Counted from the whole stretch's first letter, positions 41,884 to 55,766 are shown. The stretch: 63,419 bases of DNA, filler included, from Choristocarpus tenellus KU-1152 (GCA_964200185.2; 8 parts of 8 records of this genome joined end to end with filler, not necessarily neighbours in it); one strand, 5' to 3'. Numbers and translations: made by a program. Notes: a model not told the origin generated them from the sequence alone.

Positions 41884-42389
41884 NNNNNNNNNNNNNNNNN
41901 NNNNNNNNNNNNNNNNNNNNNNNNNNNTTAATTAATTAANNNNNNNNNNNNNNNNNNNNNNNNNNNNNNNNNNNNNNNNNNNNGAAACCAATGAAAACTA
42001 TATACATATGTGTATATAAAATGTCCTAAACATAAGAATACTATAAGACAATGCGTGGTGTCGTCCTTATCTTCCCATCCACCTATTCCTGTGCCTCTGG
42101 GGCGTTGATATATAATTATATGTAAGGCTTTTATAATTTTTAGATAGTGAAATACATTTTGCGCAACCTCGCAAGAACGATTTGATTTATTTGTTGGTTC
42201 TTCTAAACAAACCAGTCTCCCTAAATTGCTTACTTGGTGTTGTACTTGACTTCATAGTTTTGGTGAACGAAGACCAAATATTCAGATTCACATAGACTTT
42301 CCATGCAAGGTTTGAGTTGTCAACTCGCTCTCAGATTTTCCTTCCTGGTTTCAGTGCCGTCGCTACTCCTCTCTACTCTATGAAACGCA

Positions 42390-45300
42390 ATGGACTCTCC
42401 AGAACAGGACATGAGGACCGTGGACTGGAATGATCTCGATAAGAAGAAATTGTGAGTTCTAATGGACTTGGGCGTGGGTGGTGGGTACTTAACGCTATCT
42501 GATCCTCGTGCAACATCTGTATCGGTGCCTTTGCTCACCTAACCCCTGATACAACTCAACTTTTATCCCTCCCATGTACAACTACAACAGTTACTCGTAT
42601 GGGATCACATTTTTTATGGGGGTGAGGTTGCTACTGCACCCTCCATTCTTGATCAAGACCAAGGTACAGGTAGATAGGACGAATAGTAGCTCTTCATCAT
42701 TTCAAGTCGTTCGAGAGACTGTCCGCAGCGAAGGCATCAGGGGGCTGTACAAGGTACCACCTTATCATTGGAGTGATCGAAATAGCAGTTCTATGACTCT
42801 CAAATCAGTGTGATCCATAGTTTGTTGCCTTACTCTTAGGTACACCGAGGGGAATTGAACCTAGCACTTCTTATTTCGCTCCCCCCCTCTATGGACATCG
42901 GGCCTGCCAAGTATGGTCCATGCCGACTTGCATCGGACATACGTTGGTTATCTGTCTTACGCCTACTTTACCATTTGCCGTGTGCCTGGGCGAAAGGGGT
43001 TCTGGATCAGCTCAGGAACTCTAATATTTCGCCAGGTATACTTCACCACATACGAGATCATCAGGCATCGCCTTGGGCCGGGGAGCGCGACGTACGAGCG
43101 TCTCGGGGAAAAAAGGGGGGAGGTTGTCCGGAACATGACGGCGGGAGCAGGGAGCTCATCCTTGATGCAAATATTCTCTGTGCCATTGGATATCATTTCA
43201 CAGGTTTGATAGAACCTCAGGACAGTGGGGTGGGGCATTGTGGGGCGAGGTGGGCGATGACACACGTTCGTGAACGATACTATTAATGGCGTACCATCTG
43301 TGTGTGTTCGCACATGACTGCTCATCGTCCGAAAATATGTACACTGGAAACTCTTTATTCCCCACATGTATGTAGGCATACAAATGCAACCATTCCCATG
43401 CCCTCTCCTTTTCTTCCTTATGTCCTCCCAACTAATCTTCCTCCTCTGATCAGCGTATGATGGTTCATCAAAAGGGAGCAACAGGAGGTCCAAGGGGAGA
43501 AGTGTCGTTGATGGCAGGAAATAACGTTTCCATTAGGCAAACGGTTTGGGAAGTGTACAAAGAGAGTGGTTTGGCTGGATTTTACCGGGGCTTTCACATC
43601 TCTGTCCTCCAGTTTGCACCGACTTCTGCGGTGAGAGGCATGTGATTTCTCCCTTGGCAGGGAGGGAGTCTGGGTGTTACTTTTTTTTGGAGTACAAGTA
43701 GTGCTAGTATTTTAAATCTAACGATGGTGGAGTGTATTGCTGAAAGTGCCAGTTTCGTATTTTTATGTTTCCATCAAAACAGATTCGCAAGGTGGTAGGA
43801 ACTAGCACAATGATATCCTCTACTTCTCGAGGGAAAAAAATTGTCAGAAAGCAGTGATGCTGTGTGTGACCATTCTTTGTTGCATTATTTGAAAGAAAAA
43901 TATTTTATTTATGGTGGTTGACCTGACCGGCAGAAGGGTTGTGGCAGGCTGAAAAGAATCCTGTGGACAGAAACTGGTAACTGTTATCTATTTAATTTTC
44001 TTCTCTGTCCTGGACTCGAACATCACTTTATGTGCCCTTCAACATAGACACTAGTTGCCACCGAACTGTGGCTAACTTTGGGAAGGTAACACTTTCCTCC
44101 GCTTTTGATCTCCCTCATGCTGGTCCTTCTGTCTGACGTGCTGTGAGTTACTTCATGGTAATGCTGTTGGTGTTTACTGTGTAAGAATTGGAGAGAATAG
44201 CAACCTTTTCCCCACTTGGTCATGTACACCCTCAGTTCCAATGCCCTCCAAAGATATTCCCACCCCCTGCCCACCACCACTTCCCCTACCCCCTGCACCT
44301 CTTCCGCTCCTTCTGTGGGATGTGTGATATTTGCTTTCTGACCCCTGAATCTAACAACCCTGTTGAAGAGAGAGAAGTGGTGAATTTGTCGGTGTAAAAT
44401 TACTTTTTTTCTTGTTTTTTTGCTCTGTCTTCCTGCCCCAGCACTTACCTCCTGCTGTTGAGCATAATCTACTATGATTGGTCATTGCCTTTGTCCCATT
44501 TTTCTACCCTTTCCCTGCCACCTCACTGCTTGCCTTTCCCACTGCATACTACTGCATCTGCCATTCATGTCTACAACCCCCCCCCCACCCCTTCCCTCGT
44601 GACAAGATTTGGTGGACAGCCTATGGACTTTATAGTGAAGCCATCGAAGATGTTGTGAAACACTTGCCTGGTACAGATCAGCTGTCAGTAGACCAGCGTC
44701 GAGTGGGCACACAGGCTGCAGCGGGGTTGTGCACGGGTACCACAACTGTGTTGCTAACAAACCCCTTGGATGTGTTGCGAACCAGACTTCAGGTGGAAGG
44801 GAGGCGAGGAGACAATCGCACCATCAGGTGCGCTGGAATGCGCTGGAATGGGAACTCGAGTAGAACAATCTTGGCGTATGTGTTTGGGGGGAGAATTAGG
44901 GGTAGGAGGTGATGGAAGGCTATGGTCATGTGCTTTCTAGTTTGTTTTTTTGTTGTGTTTTAAACCTGTATTGGTAGGGGGGATAAAGGCAGTGCTCACC
45001 ATGCTGGTTTGCAGTTTAGTTGATTGTTGCCATTCCTGCATGTTGGATGTTCATGGACAGACCAGTGTAATCCCGTGTCTTGAACAGTGTAATGTTTCGT
45101 TTTGGAGGCGCACTTGGCGTACGTTCCAGGGTTGGGAAGTAGTAGGACTGTAGTTCTGGAGCTGTATTATGATGTAGTCGTGCCATTTATAGAGCATTGC
45201 AATAGAGTTATTGGTTGTAGAGTATCAATCTCTCCTGATGATTTGCTTGACTGTTGTTTTGTATAGCCCCTCCCTCTATATTCAGCGTCACTACAGTTGA

Positions 45301-46221
45301 CTGACTGTGTTGTGGGAGGTTGACCTTTTCAACAAGGGTTAGTGACAAGGAGGTTGATGGGAAATACAGGAATATACCTGTTTTCTGTACAGAACCCACT
45401 GTAGGATCACTAAAACGAAAATTATGGACAACTCTTGGGGCAATCAGTAACGTACTTGAAACCTGGAACAGTTGCCACTTGGGAGTTGCCAAGACTATTT
45501 TTCTGTGTATTTTTCATGCACCGGTGGGGAACCCTCACCCTGAACAACTGCACATGTGATAGGTGCTATGCACATTCTACTCTGGTGTTGACATAAGCTA
45601 CTCTATTTTATTATATTAACCCTTTCCTGGTAACTGGTTGTGTACCCGATAACGTAAACTTATTGGTTGAAGTTCTGCATCTCTGCATTTTGCTGTGTGA
45701 ACGTGTTTGATGGAGGTCATTATCCATCATCGCCAATATTTGAGTGGTGCCTTCAAGGTCGGATTATTTCTGTCTTTCTGGAGGCGGAAGATATTTTGAA
45801 GGACAGGTTAACTATATCATCTGTCCTTTACAGGCATACAATATTGTGGTGTTGTGATAGAGAGGAGCCTATGCCCGTGCCTCTTGTTGGTTTCCTTCAC
45901 ACTGCAGAGGAACAGCAGGCCACACAATTGCCCCCTGAGATCCCTCTTACCTACCACCCCCTTACAATCAACCCCAGATCGGAATTCAGGACCCTGATGA
46001 AGGAGGATGGTCGTATGGGACTATTGCGAGGCATAGGCCCCCAACTTCTGGCCATGGCGCCTGCCTCTGTCCTCATTGTGACGATATATGAGCTCATCAA
46101 GCGACTCAGCAGGAAGAACCCATCAGAGATGGAGAGAATCCAAGGGGATCCACCTGGTCGGGAAGTGGAATTGGAGACAAGTGTGCACAGTGGAAGTGGA
46201 GTGGCAGGGGTGGTGAGATGA
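42390..46221 (+). CDS. Mitochondrial carrier (SLC25A44-like); exons 42390-42451, 42591-42753, 42997-43203, 43454-43630, 44607-44827, 45978-46221
   Basis: VDWNDLDKKKFY N-terminus typical of SLC25A44; three carrier repeats (PPFLIKTKVQ, PLDIISQRMM, PLDVLRTRLQ; G..GLYKG/GFYRG/GLLRG); all junctions GT-AG and in phase. Confidence 0.9.
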
Positions 46222-47023
46222 TCGGGGGATGGCCTTGGTGCTGAGTAGGGTAACCAGCAAAGCAGACAAGGGTGGGCAGTATAATTTTGTTTAGAGGGTG
46301 GCTAATTTAATTAGCAAGAACGTGCCGCTTTCATGAGGTGGTTACAGGAGGAGGGCAGGAATGGACTCGAGAAAATGTACAGATAAATTTTCTATTAGCT
46401 CAGACTTTCTGTAATCCCTGGAGAATTTAGGAGCATGTCTTGATTGCCTTAAGTTACCCCGAGGCAGGCTTGTGTAGATCTTCAGTGCAGTGTCTCTGTG
46501 GAGTTTTGGTGAGGGGTGGAGGAGAATAGGACACAATTTTGGCTATGCCACCATATACACATCGAATCATACACAGTTTCTCCTTTCTGAGGTCTTACAC
46601 GTGCATAGAGTGGAGTTCTCTCTCTCTATATATGTTTATCCTGGTTTGTGAACCCCAAAGACAGTACTTTGACGATAATTTTGCATTATGTACAGATTGT
46701 GGTTCTGACTGTAAGAATGTAGTTTAGTTCATAGACCTTTTTGCACCATAACCCACCCTTACATGCATCTCAACGGTCCGAAAGGGAAGATGGCTCAAGA
46801 AATGTGTTCAATTTATCCTCTAGAGCTTGGAGTTGGCACATTTCATCCTTACCCTTTTGCTTTTTTGTTGAAGTGTTTAGATTTTTTTTGTTTTCTTTGT
46901 GAATTCTGGAGGGACATAAGGTTTACAAAGATGTTGGACTGTGTGTGTGTTGGGGCAAAGCAGGCAATTGATTAAGCACCCTATGAGAGTCAATTTTGTC
47001 ACATTATATGCCTTGAAGTATAA

Positions 47024-47203
47024 TTAGATAATAGTTCTGTATTGGATTCGATAGCAATGGAACATATTCTGCTACAGAATAGAAAAATTTCACCTCTTTT
47101 AGAAGAGGATGGAAAAATCCAGTTTGAATCAAGAATATCCAGTGAGGAGTTAGGGTATGTATCAGATCATCGCATTTTTAATAAAAAAATATGTCCTGCC
47201 AGG
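47024..47203 (+). pseudogene. Bacterial type I PKS dehydratase domain N-terminal fragment
   Basis: EHILLQNRKISPLL...IQFESRISSEELGYVSDHRIFNKKICPA matches the HPLL start and the catalytic Hxxx(G/N)xxxxP motif. Confidence 0.7.
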
Positions 47204-47305
47204 CACCTTCTTACTATTCAACTCTATACAAATAACATCTTTTGCATTTTTTTCATTAAGACACTCTAATATAAAATCTTTTAGGATTGTTTCACTAATA
47301 TCCAC
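47201..47305 (-). pseudogene. rsfS: Ribosome silencing factor RsfS (Iojap) N-terminal fragment, Rickettsiales-like
   Basis: VDISETILKDFILECLNEKNAKDVICIELNSKKVP; GTG start overlaps the nadD stop. Confidence 0.75.
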
Positions 47306-47490
47306 ATTTATTGCTCATAGAGATGTTTCTAATTTGTGTAGAAGAATTACTACATAGTTTTCCTCTAACGACCATTACAGTATTTGTCTGAGTTTTATCA
47401 ACAGATGCTTTTAGTTTTAAACAAAAAATGCTGGATCCACTAGCCTTGAAGGAACAAGACGATAAAAATTATTATATCACACAATTCTTC
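47295..47490 (-). pseudogene. nadD: Nicotinate-nucleotide adenylyltransferase C-terminal fragment (2 frameshifts)
   Basis: ELCDIIIF(D)R....RGKLCSNSSTQIR carries the SST.IR motif; directly upstream of rsfS as in the conserved nadD-rsfS operon. Confidence 0.7.
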
Positions 47491-47544
47491 AGCGAACTTA
47501 CCTTCGAAACAACCAGCTGGTCTATTAAAAAAAACTTCAGACAT
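47488..47544 (-). pseudogene. Alphaproteobacterial alpha/beta hydrolase N-terminus
   Basis: MSEVFFNRPAGCFEGKF resembles the conserved M.EV.FNGPAGR.EGRY start. Confidence 0.6.
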
Positions 47545-47591
47545 TTTATTAGAAATTTATTTCATAATAAAATTTAGTCAAGCATTTTAGT

Positions 47592-47625
47592 ATTTTACTA
47601 AATAAAACTAAATATTTAGTAAAAT
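47592..47625. terminator. Perfect 13-bp hairpin between lpxL and hydrolase fragments
   Basis: attttactaaata-aaactaaa-tatttagtaaaat, about 30 nt downstream of the lpxL stop; terminator role is inference. Confidence 0.5.
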
Positions 47626-47653
47626 CGAAAGTGATACGTGAATTTGGAAAAAT

Positions 47654-47715
47654 CTATTTCCATCTATTATGAAACCAAAACCATTGAGTAGGATTTTGGC
47701 GTATCCAAATTTCTT
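47654..47715 (-). pseudogene. lpxL: Lipid A acyltransferase LpxL/HtrB C-terminal fragment
   Basis: WIRQNPTQWFWFHNRWK* is the P.QW.W.H.RWK terminal motif, in the Rickettsia-like form. Confidence 0.85.
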
Positions 47716-47964
47716 GGACCATTGATCAAATTTCTTACATAAAAATTAAGCATATTAGTAAGAAATAATAATAAATATTTCTTCTAAGTCTTGATCAAGT
47801 TTTTAAGAAGTATTAGCATGCACACTAAATTTGCACTATTATCGTTGGACTTAAGTTCAGTATAAATCTATAAACTCACACAGTAGTCAAGCATTTGCTA
47901 TAGCAAGTCTACGACTAAACAATTGCTTTTAAAGTTTTTTTTTTGTCCATTAGATAATCTACAA

Positions 47965-48290
47965 ATGTCAAAAATAGAATCAAGTCCTTTTAGAAATAAA
48001 ATTAGGAATGTTTTTTGGGCAATCCATAGGTCTGAACTTAGAAAGTTTATCTCTGTCTGGGTTAATGTTTTGTGTACTGCTCAATCAAAATATACTTCGT
48101 ATCTTAAAGGATAGAATTCTAATTGCAGAGGTAAGCGCATAAATTACTAGTTTTACAAAGGTATATTGTGTTACCCCTATAGTAGCAGCACTGTAGTCAT
48201 TTACGCAACGCTTGTAAATCATTCACCCTTTTGTAAGATATTTTATTACTTCATATTAATATTCACTGGATTTTATATACTTTTTTGCTT
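47965..48290 (+). pseudogene. tlc5: TLC/NTT nucleotide translocase N-terminal fragment, Rickettsia Tlc5-like (frameshifts and internal stop)
   Basis: MSKIESSPFRNKIRNVFWAIHRSELRKFI / GLMFCVLLNQNILRILKDRILIAEVSA*ITSFTKVYCVTP / VIYATLVNHSPFCKIFYYF...FYILF. Confidence 0.85.
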
Positions 48291-49576
48291 TCAGAAGTAC
48301 AAGGGATACACAATTGAGTACACATTATGTTACTTTTGACCATTACACAGGTTAATTTTGTTGACATTGTTTTAAGTCTCGCCTATGGCAGTATGGAAAA
48401 ATGGATATAGAAGTTTGAGTTTGACCTTTCTTTTTGTTTTTGTGGATACCTCCATGTAGTTGGGTGAGCTCACCATCTGTTTTTTCTCGACTCTGGTAGT
48501 ATTTTTCTTTGTTCTGGTTTCGTGTCATGTCCAATAAAGATGAAATATGCCTCTGAACCTTTTTAAGGTCAATAGTTGAAATGTCATGATTATAATGTAA
48601 CATTTCTTTTCCTTGTGCCATGAGTTGTAGAAGTAATGTAAAAATACTGCTCACTTTGCTGATGTACTTAAAACATTGTAAATCTTATTTTAGTTAGAGT
48701 AAGTATCTTGCTTACACATCGACTTTCTTACCATATACTGAACACATTCAATCATCACCTTTATAAAGTCTGTATTATTGTTGACTCTTACAGATAAGGT
48801 TCATTATCATGTTGGTTATGAAGGACTATGATATTAAGTGTATCCTTTCAATCCAAGGAAAACAAAAGAAAATGGCAGCACACAACACTAACTCCTCCCT
48901 AACATTGCTTGGTGATAAGGCCTTTGCCACTTTGTATTTATCTGACACTTTATGGTATAGTAGTAACAGATAGGATTACACTAGTCCATATCCCCAAACT
49001 CCTTACACAAAATTGGAAACATCTTGTCACTGTCATTGTAATATTTCCACTGGAAAATGATAGAAATTACTTCCATACGTTTGAGGAGATATTTTAGAAA
49101 TATAAATTAGATAAATTGGCTGAACAACAACAAATTCTGAACCAAAGGAGTAAATTGGAGGACACCCTCTAAGCATAAATACCATTGCAAAATCGACCTA
49201 TGTAGTGGTTCATTCTGTAGGATCCTACCCATTGAACTGGAAACAGGCATGAACAACAGAACTTCCTGGACAAAGATGTAAAGCACAAGATCACATTTCT
49301 CACATTCCACAAGAAGTAATAGGATACTTAAATTTAACAGGTGATAAAATGTAAGAAACGAGATGCAAACAATCTGAAACAGATGTCTGCAGTTGAAACA
49401 TGGTATTTTTTTTTCTTTTTTAGCCTCTCTGAAATGGGTGCACATTACACCTAGCGCAGTGCTACTGGTATCGACTGAACTCATTGAAGAAAACACCCAG
49501 TTGAAGTAGCAGACATTAGTCCTCCGAGGTAGTGCAGCTAATGGAGCGTGGCAGGGGTAAGACTACCTGAAAAAGC

Positions 49577-51712
<2,136 letters not shown>

Positions 51713-52117
51713 GGTGACGACTTTCCTCCCCACTCCGTGCTGCACCCTTCGACGAGAGAGGCTGTGGCAAGAAGGGTGTCCTCCACACGTCCAAAAATGT
51801 TTATAATTTTTCCCCACAACTTTTCGATAATAATCGCGCGCGTCCCACTTTTCGCGTGGATCATCTTTTGTAGGAGAACTACCACTGTGTATTTCATTGA
51901 GCTCCAAAATTCGTTTTTGAGACGCTGTCAAGTTGGTGGTGTGGTCGTTTCCCAAGCCTATACCCTGACCCTTGTCGTTTTGCAGATTTCTCTTCATGAG
52001 TCTGGCCGGTGGGTCCTTGAAGAAGCTCAAAAACAAGTTTCTTAACCCGAGGGGTTCGTTTCCGGGGTACGACTGAATTGACACACCCTTCCTACTCCCA
52101 ACCTTTGCGCGAGGAAC

Positions 52118-53569
52118 ATGGAGGAAGGAGATGGTGCCGGCATTTCTCAAATTATCTGGTGGATATGCGTAATCTTGGCCAGCTTGTGTACCTTTTGGTT
52201 CTTACTGTTTGACTTCGGCATGTACGCTCAGGAAGTCAAATCGTTTAGACGGGTCCACCTACTGAAGATGCTGGTTTTCTCATCCACCTGGATGCTGGGC
52301 AGCTTGATGTTCTCGATCACGACCATTCCATTGTACATCATCGGCCACAGAGACCAAGCAGCTGAGGTGGCGCACTACCTGGGGAACGTGATGGGGCAGT
52401 GGATGTTCCGTATCATTGCCCCACCTCCTGACGTTGTAGGACTGGAGAACCTACCTCCAGATGGGGAAAAAGGAATGGTTTATGTGTCTAACCACCAGTC
52501 AATGTTGGACATCGCTATGTTCTATTACATAGGTAGCCAGCGAAAATTCTCTTGGGTTAGCAAGAGCTCGGTCTTCCTTGTCCCTGGTGTAGGCTGCTTA
52601 ATGAAGTTAGCCAAATATGTCGCCCTGACCCGGGGCAACCGAAACAGTGTGCGTAAAATGTTCGATGACTGCACAGAGCGTATTGATGCAGGCTGGTCGG
52701 TGATGATATTCCCGCAGGGAACGAGACGTCGGCACAAGATCCTCGACTTCAAAGATGGCGCCTTCACCCTTGCTTTGGAGACGGGTGCTACAGTGGTGAG
52801 AGTTCAGATGGCGAGCGAACACAGCCCCACCGGAATAGGCCCCCACTCTTTCAAGAGAAATAATGATATTAATCTCCAGTCCGCGGGTGTTGTGATGCTT
52901 ACTGTATTGTATTGTCAGGTGACATCTTTCTGGGGCGGTTGATTGGGGACATTAAACACGTTCATCTCGTTCGTTCCTTCGAAAATAGATTTGTAACTTA
53001 GCAGAATGCAAAGGCGAAGGCGAGGAGCAATGAAATATTTAAATACTGTACTGAAGGGAAATTTCGTAGAGGCGTCTTGGACTGTGTTTGGCCTTGCACT
53101 TTAGTATCTTGTGACGCCCATTCCTTAGGGTGTGTTTTGAGAGTAGTGTTTAGCTGTACGTTTTGGCAGGGTGATGACACACGGGAGTACCATAAAAAGC
53201 TGCCTAGCACTCGCGTTCTTACTCCTCCCCTGCCAAATGTCCTCTTCCTCCAATTGTATATGCAAGGTACCATTTACACTGTACCTCCCTGAGGATATAT
53301 TTTTCTCATCCACAGAACGGGCCAAGGTAACAATTCATAAGCCTATCAGCCCTGGTGACCCAAAGTTCAAGGACCTAGTCACCCTCCGCAAGCACTGCTT
53401 TGACACAGTCATAGGGGCACTCCCATACAGCAAGGCTATGTTAGAGGAGCAGCAGGCAGCAAGAGCGGAAGCGGAGGAGGCAGAGGAAACCAAGTGTGAG
53501 AATGCGTCAGAGGCAGAAGTAACAGCACTGATTGGAGATGATGATGGTGGTTCCAAAAAGACAAACTGA
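52118..53569 (+). CDS. 1-acyl-sn-glycerol-3-phosphate acyltransferase (LPAAT/PlsC); exons 52118-52795, 53267-53569
   Basis: N-terminal TM segments, NHQSMLD and FPQGTR motifs, phase-0 GT-AG intron. Confidence 0.92.
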
Positions 53570-55766
53570 CTGTGAGGGTACATTTTCGCAATGATCTGCC
53601 TAAAGGTGATCTTTTGCTGGGAAAAATAGCCAATCTACTGTTACATGTAATTCTCCAGTTTTGGTTAGGTGAGGGTGAACACAGGTGATACAGTCTGGTT
53701 GGGGTTTCTGTGCTGTCCTAGGTTTTCGTGGCATATCCTGCAACTGGGGAGAAATATTCTGGGAGACTGAGGGGATGAATGCTGATGTTGAGAATGACTT
53801 TGACAAAGGAATGACACTCAATGAGCCTTTTTGGACAGTGGCATTGGTATGATGGGAAAAGAGATTTCCTGATTTCTACATGCAACGGCCAACCTATTTT
53901 GCTTTCATGGTAATTGTTGACAATATTGTAATGCAGGAGCTTGTCTCTCTTTAAATGTTCGGCAAAATGTTTGAGTGAAGTATGAGAGTTGGCCTGGGAC
54001 TTTCTTGAGTTCCCCCTCTCTCGCTACATGTTCCTCATTTGTTATCCTTTGACTGTGGGAGAGAGTATTGGCTGCTGTTGACCAGAGCAACTGTGTAATA
54101 TTTGGTTGTAGGATGTTGCAGGATGAGTGAGGAAAAAATAAGCTCGATGTGATGAATATACTTAGACGCAGGACATTGTTCTTGTTCTAGAGACCACACA
54201 CTACCGGACTGTCTGCAGCTATTTCAACAGCTGCTTTGTCACATGTAAGGAGTGCAGTTTGGGTCGAGTTCCATGGGTAACTGAGTACTGCTTGTGACTG
54301 GCTTGTGTCATCATGTGTGTTGATGACCAACTGTTCTGCATGAGGGCTTTTGTACAAATTTGGTTGGCTGTTGTATCCTTGTCTGTGTGCGAAGTACTTT
54401 GTGCGAAGTACTTTACGACCTACCAGTGACCGTCACTGAGTGGCAAAGATGCTACTGGGGTTTGTGGAGTTGTCATGCCCGACAAGATGTTGGTTCCTTA
54501 CATCTGTGTGGTGATTGGGCAGTGTGTTCCATATTTTCATCCTTCCCACAAATGTGTGGTAATCCACACCATGGCAGACACCTCTAGTTTAGAGGAGGTA
54601 TTGTAGCGGGTTTTTTGGGGGACTTTCATGGTACGAGAGAATGTTTTCCAGGTTACTTGAACATTTTTTTTGTTTGTCTTATCTTTGTAATCTGTCAACT
54701 GACGGAGCAAGTCCTCAATCCTGCTTTTGTAGGTACTGTGGCGCAGGTGGGGTGAATGAGGTCTGGGCGTTGGTTGGATTGCTATGCCAGTTGTGGAACC
54801 GGACTGATGTGGATATCATGTATTTCAAGAGTTGTCATCACATGGCTTCACGTGATACCACTGCAGAGTTGCAGATCAATACTGGGTAGATAAATCTCCT
54901 GGTCTCATTATTTACGTAAGTAGTAGATGGTTATCTTAGACTTTATCTAAAAAACACATATCATCAAAAAATGTCCCTCTAACCATCGATAGGAGCAGGA
55001 ACAGTGAAGGAAATCCTCTCCTAGACATGCAGTAAGAGTCATCGATACCTTTAGTTTCACTGACACACACCAATGGAGTGAAGCAGGAGTAGAAATCCCC
55101 CCATCCGCATCTCTCAAAATTTGAATCTTGCATGTAAATGAATGCATCTTTTTCTTTGCCATGTTCTGAAGATTCAATGTCTTTGTAATGCCTTCCATGT
55201 GGGTCTGCAGATGATGAGAATGCACAATCATTAAGAGTATGATATTGGCCTTTCCTCGATAGAGGGGTATGTGAGACAGATATTTCCCCATGAAGTGTAT
55301 TTCATAGTGGTTATATCTTCATCTATGACATCAGAGATTAGCAATATGTGACCTTGCTGGGGGGTCTGTCTCACCATGTGTACATATCGTACACTTCATT
55401 CCGTTTCTCATGGCATCCACCAACCCTCTGATGCCCGCACTCCTTGGTTGCAATGCTCCTCTCCTCTGTACTTCATATGGCCACTTCTTATGTGGATTTG
55501 TAGTCAAGTTGTGGAGTACTTCCTTGTTGGAAGAGTATTTGAAATTTTCCACACTTGCCCTGGAGCATCTAAAACAGTGTATGTCAGAAGGTGCTTGTTT
55601 TGACCCTGTTGAGTAGATTATTGAAGATCATGATGTTTGATACTCCTTTCCTAGAAGACACTGTGCACATGGTTTGTCTCTTGGGGCTAGGAGACTGTAA
55701 GCAATGCTCAGGGGTTTGCAACCCTTCTTTTTTCGCAAGGAGGCTTTCTTGTTGTCTCTTGAGTCA

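Noticed and set aside
47024-48290. Bacterial block as contamination or as a NUMT
   Set aside because: It is internal to a gap-free contig, pseudogenised and scrambled; lpxL, nadD, rsfS, tlc and PKS are not mitochondrial genes
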